A DNA stretch of 64,000 nt. It comes from an uncultured archaeon (GTDB taxonomy: Archaea > Asgardarchaeota > Lokiarchaeia > Sigyniarchaeales > SOKP01). The stretch is from contig CAZALK010000009.1 of assembly GCA_964486045.1 (NCBI GenBank), positions 96,001 to 160,000 of the forward strand. Direction: 5' to 3'. Positions 61,649 through 64,000 of this stretch are shown piece after piece. Made by a program: the position numbers and the translations under genes. Below the pieces are notes generated by a model. The model did not search any database. It saw only the letters and a list, made by a program, of their open reading frames with translations, and had not been told where the DNA came from. The first letter of the stretch is position 1; every line of letters begins with the position of its first letter.

Positions 61649-62752
61649 ATGTCAGAAAAAATCGTATATGTTGATGCAAAAACTCTTGAAAATTTCATGA
61701 GAGATGTTTTCATTGGACTTGAGGTGCCATACGAAGATGCAAAAATAATAGCTGAAGTTCTAATAACTTCTGATTTACGCGGAATTGATTCTCATGGTAT
61801 TCAGCGATGTAAAATGTACTATGACAGGATTAAGGCTGGTATTTATGAAGTAATTACGAAGATTGATATTATTAAAGAGGGGCCGACTACAGCTATATTG
61901 GATGGAAACTGCGGAATGGGGCACGTTATTGCCTATAAAGCAATGAAACTAGCAATAGATAAAGCAAAAAAATATGGTCTTGGAGCTGTAGCTGTACGTA
62001 ACGGTTCTCATTTTGGTATTGCAGGGTACTATTCCTTAATGGCAATTAAAGAGGGTATGATTGGTTTAGCTGTAACAAATGCACGACCTTCTATTCCTCC
62101 AACTTTTGGTGTAGAGCCAATGTTAGGTACCAATCCATTGACAATCGGGGCTCCTACAGACGAGATGTTTCCATTCCTATTAGATGCAGCAACTTCAATC
62201 ATTCAACGAGGTAAAGTTGAAGTATATGAAAGAATTAATAAAAATCTCCCCAAAAACACTGTTATTGACGAGAAAGGTGAATTCCTTACAGATGCGGGGA
62301 AAGTGTTACAAAAAATGGGTGAAAAAAAAGCTGCTTTGCTACCTTTAGGGGGAAAAGGGGAAGATACTGCAGGGTATAAAGGTTATGGGTATGCGACCGT
62401 TGTCGAATTATTATCTGCTGCTTTACAAAATGGAATTTTTTTGAGAGACACTATTGGTATTGTTGAGAATGGTCAAAAAAGGTTAAAAGTTGGACATTTC
62501 TTTTTAGCAATTAATATTGAAAGCTTCAACGGGCTTGATTCATTTAAGAAAACCGCAGGAAGCATTATGAAAGATTTAAGAGAATCTCCAAAGGAACCAG
62601 GAGCAAAGAAAATATATACAGCAGGAGAAAAGGAGTATATGATAGAAGAAGAAAGGAAAAAAACCGGGATCCCACTTAATAAGAGTTTGCAACAAGATAT
62701 AAAAACAATGAAAGAAGAACTCGGGTTAGATAATTATACTTTTAACTTTTAA
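61649..62752 (+). CDS. Ldh2/ComC-type malate/L-lactate dehydrogenase family
   Basis: DLRGIDSHG, SHFGIAG, GTNP, LDAATS, YKGYG. Confidence 0.92.
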   Translation: MSEKIVYVDAKTLENFMRDVFIGLEVPYEDAKIIAEVLITSDLRGIDSHGIQRCKMYYDRIKAGIYEVITKIDIIKEGPTTAILDGNCGMGHVIAYKAMKLAIDKAKKYGLGAVAVRNGSHFGIAGYYSLMAIKEGMIGLAVTNARPSIPPTFGVEPMLGTNPLTIGAPTDEMFPFLLDAATSIIQRGKVEVYERINKNLPKNTVIDEKGEFLTDAGKVLQKMGEKKAALLPLGGKGEDTAGYKGYGYATVVELLSAALQNGIFLRDTIGIVENGQKRLKVGHFFLAINIESFNGLDSFKKTAGSIMKDLRESPKEPGAKKIYTAGEKEYMIEEERKKTGIPLNKSLQQDIKTMKEELGLDNYTFNF

Positions 62753-62757
62753 TTGTA

Positions 62758-64000
62758 TTAAAAAATAATCCCTTGAGTTTGTCCCTCAATTGGTTCAGAA
62801 TGAAGAAATATTGTTTCTAGATTATCTATGCCTAATTCTTCTCTAATAATTTTCTCTAATTCAGAGATATAACTATGAATTTGTAATATATTTAATGACC
62901 CATCAAAAAAAACGTGCATCTCTAATATGCAATAGTCCATTGTAGCCCAAAATTCTAACCCATGATAACCCTTTACTTGCGAATGTTTTTTTAGCACTTC
63001 TTCAATTATCTCTCCTATTTGTTTTATCATTTCTGGTCCCACATCTGCACATTTAATTTGATTTGAGGACATTGGTTCACCATGTCTTTGACCTTCAATA
63101 TGAGTAATAACTCGTGATATATATGGTGCTTGTTTCTTTAATTCACTTTCAAAATGAGATGTTATCTCATGCGCCTTTGTGAGTGAAAGTGAATCATTCA
63201 TTACAACAATTAAGGAAATAAAATGTTCATCCTCAAGTCTGAAAACATTTAGATCTTTAAAATTAATAATATCTGGGTACTCTGATTTCATTGAATAAAT
63301 TAAATTAATCAATCCCTCTCCTATTGATTTCTCGCTAGCCAAAGGATTCATCTCGACTATACATTCAACATTATAAAAAGGAAAGAGTTTATTACTTGAA
63401 TTACGAATCGATTTTATTATTTCATTTGCATGTACAATAGAGATATGGTCTTCTACTGATAGATTAACTTCTAAAAATAAAGTTTTACCGGTTACTCGCA
63501 CTTTCAAATTATGGACACCAACTACATGTTCAAGGGCAAATATATCCGTCCTTAATTTTTCAATTATTATTACACTTACCGGATTTGTATCTGTTAAATC
63601 CTTTACACCACCTTTTGCAAGCTTAAACGCGCCGATAATGATCCATATTGAAAGAATAACACTAAATATTGGATCTAGAAATAATATATTAAAATAAGAG
63701 AAGATGAAACTAAAAATGACAATTACAGCTCGCATGGAATCTTGAAACAAATTTAATCCTTGAATCTCCATAGTAAGACTTTTCTGTTCCCTTCCTTCTG
63801 AAATTAATAATCGTGAAAATACTAAGTTCACTATAAATGAAATTACTAGAATTATTATCCCAACTTCGGGATTAAATACTTCCAACCTATTTGAAAGGAC
63901 TACTTGAATGGCGTTGTATATCAATAAACCATATATATTAATTAGAATTACACCTTGAATCAATCCAGAAATAGAATCTATTTTGCTGTGACCATACATA
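62758..64000 (-). CDS. cation diffusion facilitator with repeated C-terminal domains (5' end outside window)
   Basis: YGHSKID, LDPI, three dimerisation-like repeats. Confidence 0.88.
   Translation of the reverse strand, partial: MYGHSKIDSISGLIQGVILINIYGLLIYNAIQVVLSNRLEVFNPEVGIIILVISFIVNLVFSRLLISEGREQKSLTMEIQGLNLFQDSMRAVIVIFSFIFSYFNILFLDPIFSVILSIWIIIGAFKLAKGGVKDLTDTNPVSVIIIEKLRTDIFALEHVVGVHNLKVRVTGKTLFLEVNLSVEDHISIVHANEIIKSIRNSSNKLFPFYNVECIVEMNPLASEKSIGEGLINLIYSMKSEYPDIINFKDLNVFRLEDEHFISLIVVMNDSLSLTKAHEITSHFESELKKQAPYISRVITHIEGQRHGEPMSSNQIKCADVGPEMIKQIGEIIEEVLKKHSQVKGYHGLEFWATMDYCILEMHVFFDGSLNILQIHSYISELEKIIREELGIDNLETIFLHSEPIEGQTQGIIF

Noticed and set aside
1-64000. CRISPR arrays, tRNA/rRNA genes, transposases, integrases
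   Set aside because: None recognised by eye; split or intron-containing tRNAs could have been missed.

Overview
AT-rich archaeal chromosomal DNA, most likely Lokiarchaeia (Asgard). That assignment is inferred from the longin-like, TPR-longin, LRR and RING proteins and an archaeal-type SRP RNA. The left 42 kb is rich in glutamine/glutamate metabolism: carAB, Gln-dependent nadE, glnA, a split glutamate synthase headed by an HdrB-HdrC fusion, guaA, and a HydC/HydB/NuoG-NfnA/NfnB oxidoreductase operon next to gdhA. A decaying ~5 kb accessory patch interrupts it. Top finding: the ribosomal protein uS10 gene, absent from the ORF track, is split by a 31-nt insertion that folds into a bulge-helix-bulge. 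Canonical endonuclease cuts would remove exactly 31 nt and restore a full-length 101-aa uS10, so this is a candidate mRNA intron. Other signals missed by the ORF track: several genes apparently starting at AUA/AUU/AUC, two tandem small ORFs sharing a C-Y-x-x-x-UGA motif (possible selenoproteins), a Zn-ribbon family heading both nitrogen-assimilation operons, and an LRR gene bracketed by 89-bp inverted repeats. No CRISPR array, tRNA, rRNA or intact transposase was seen. All calls are by eye; no database searches were run.
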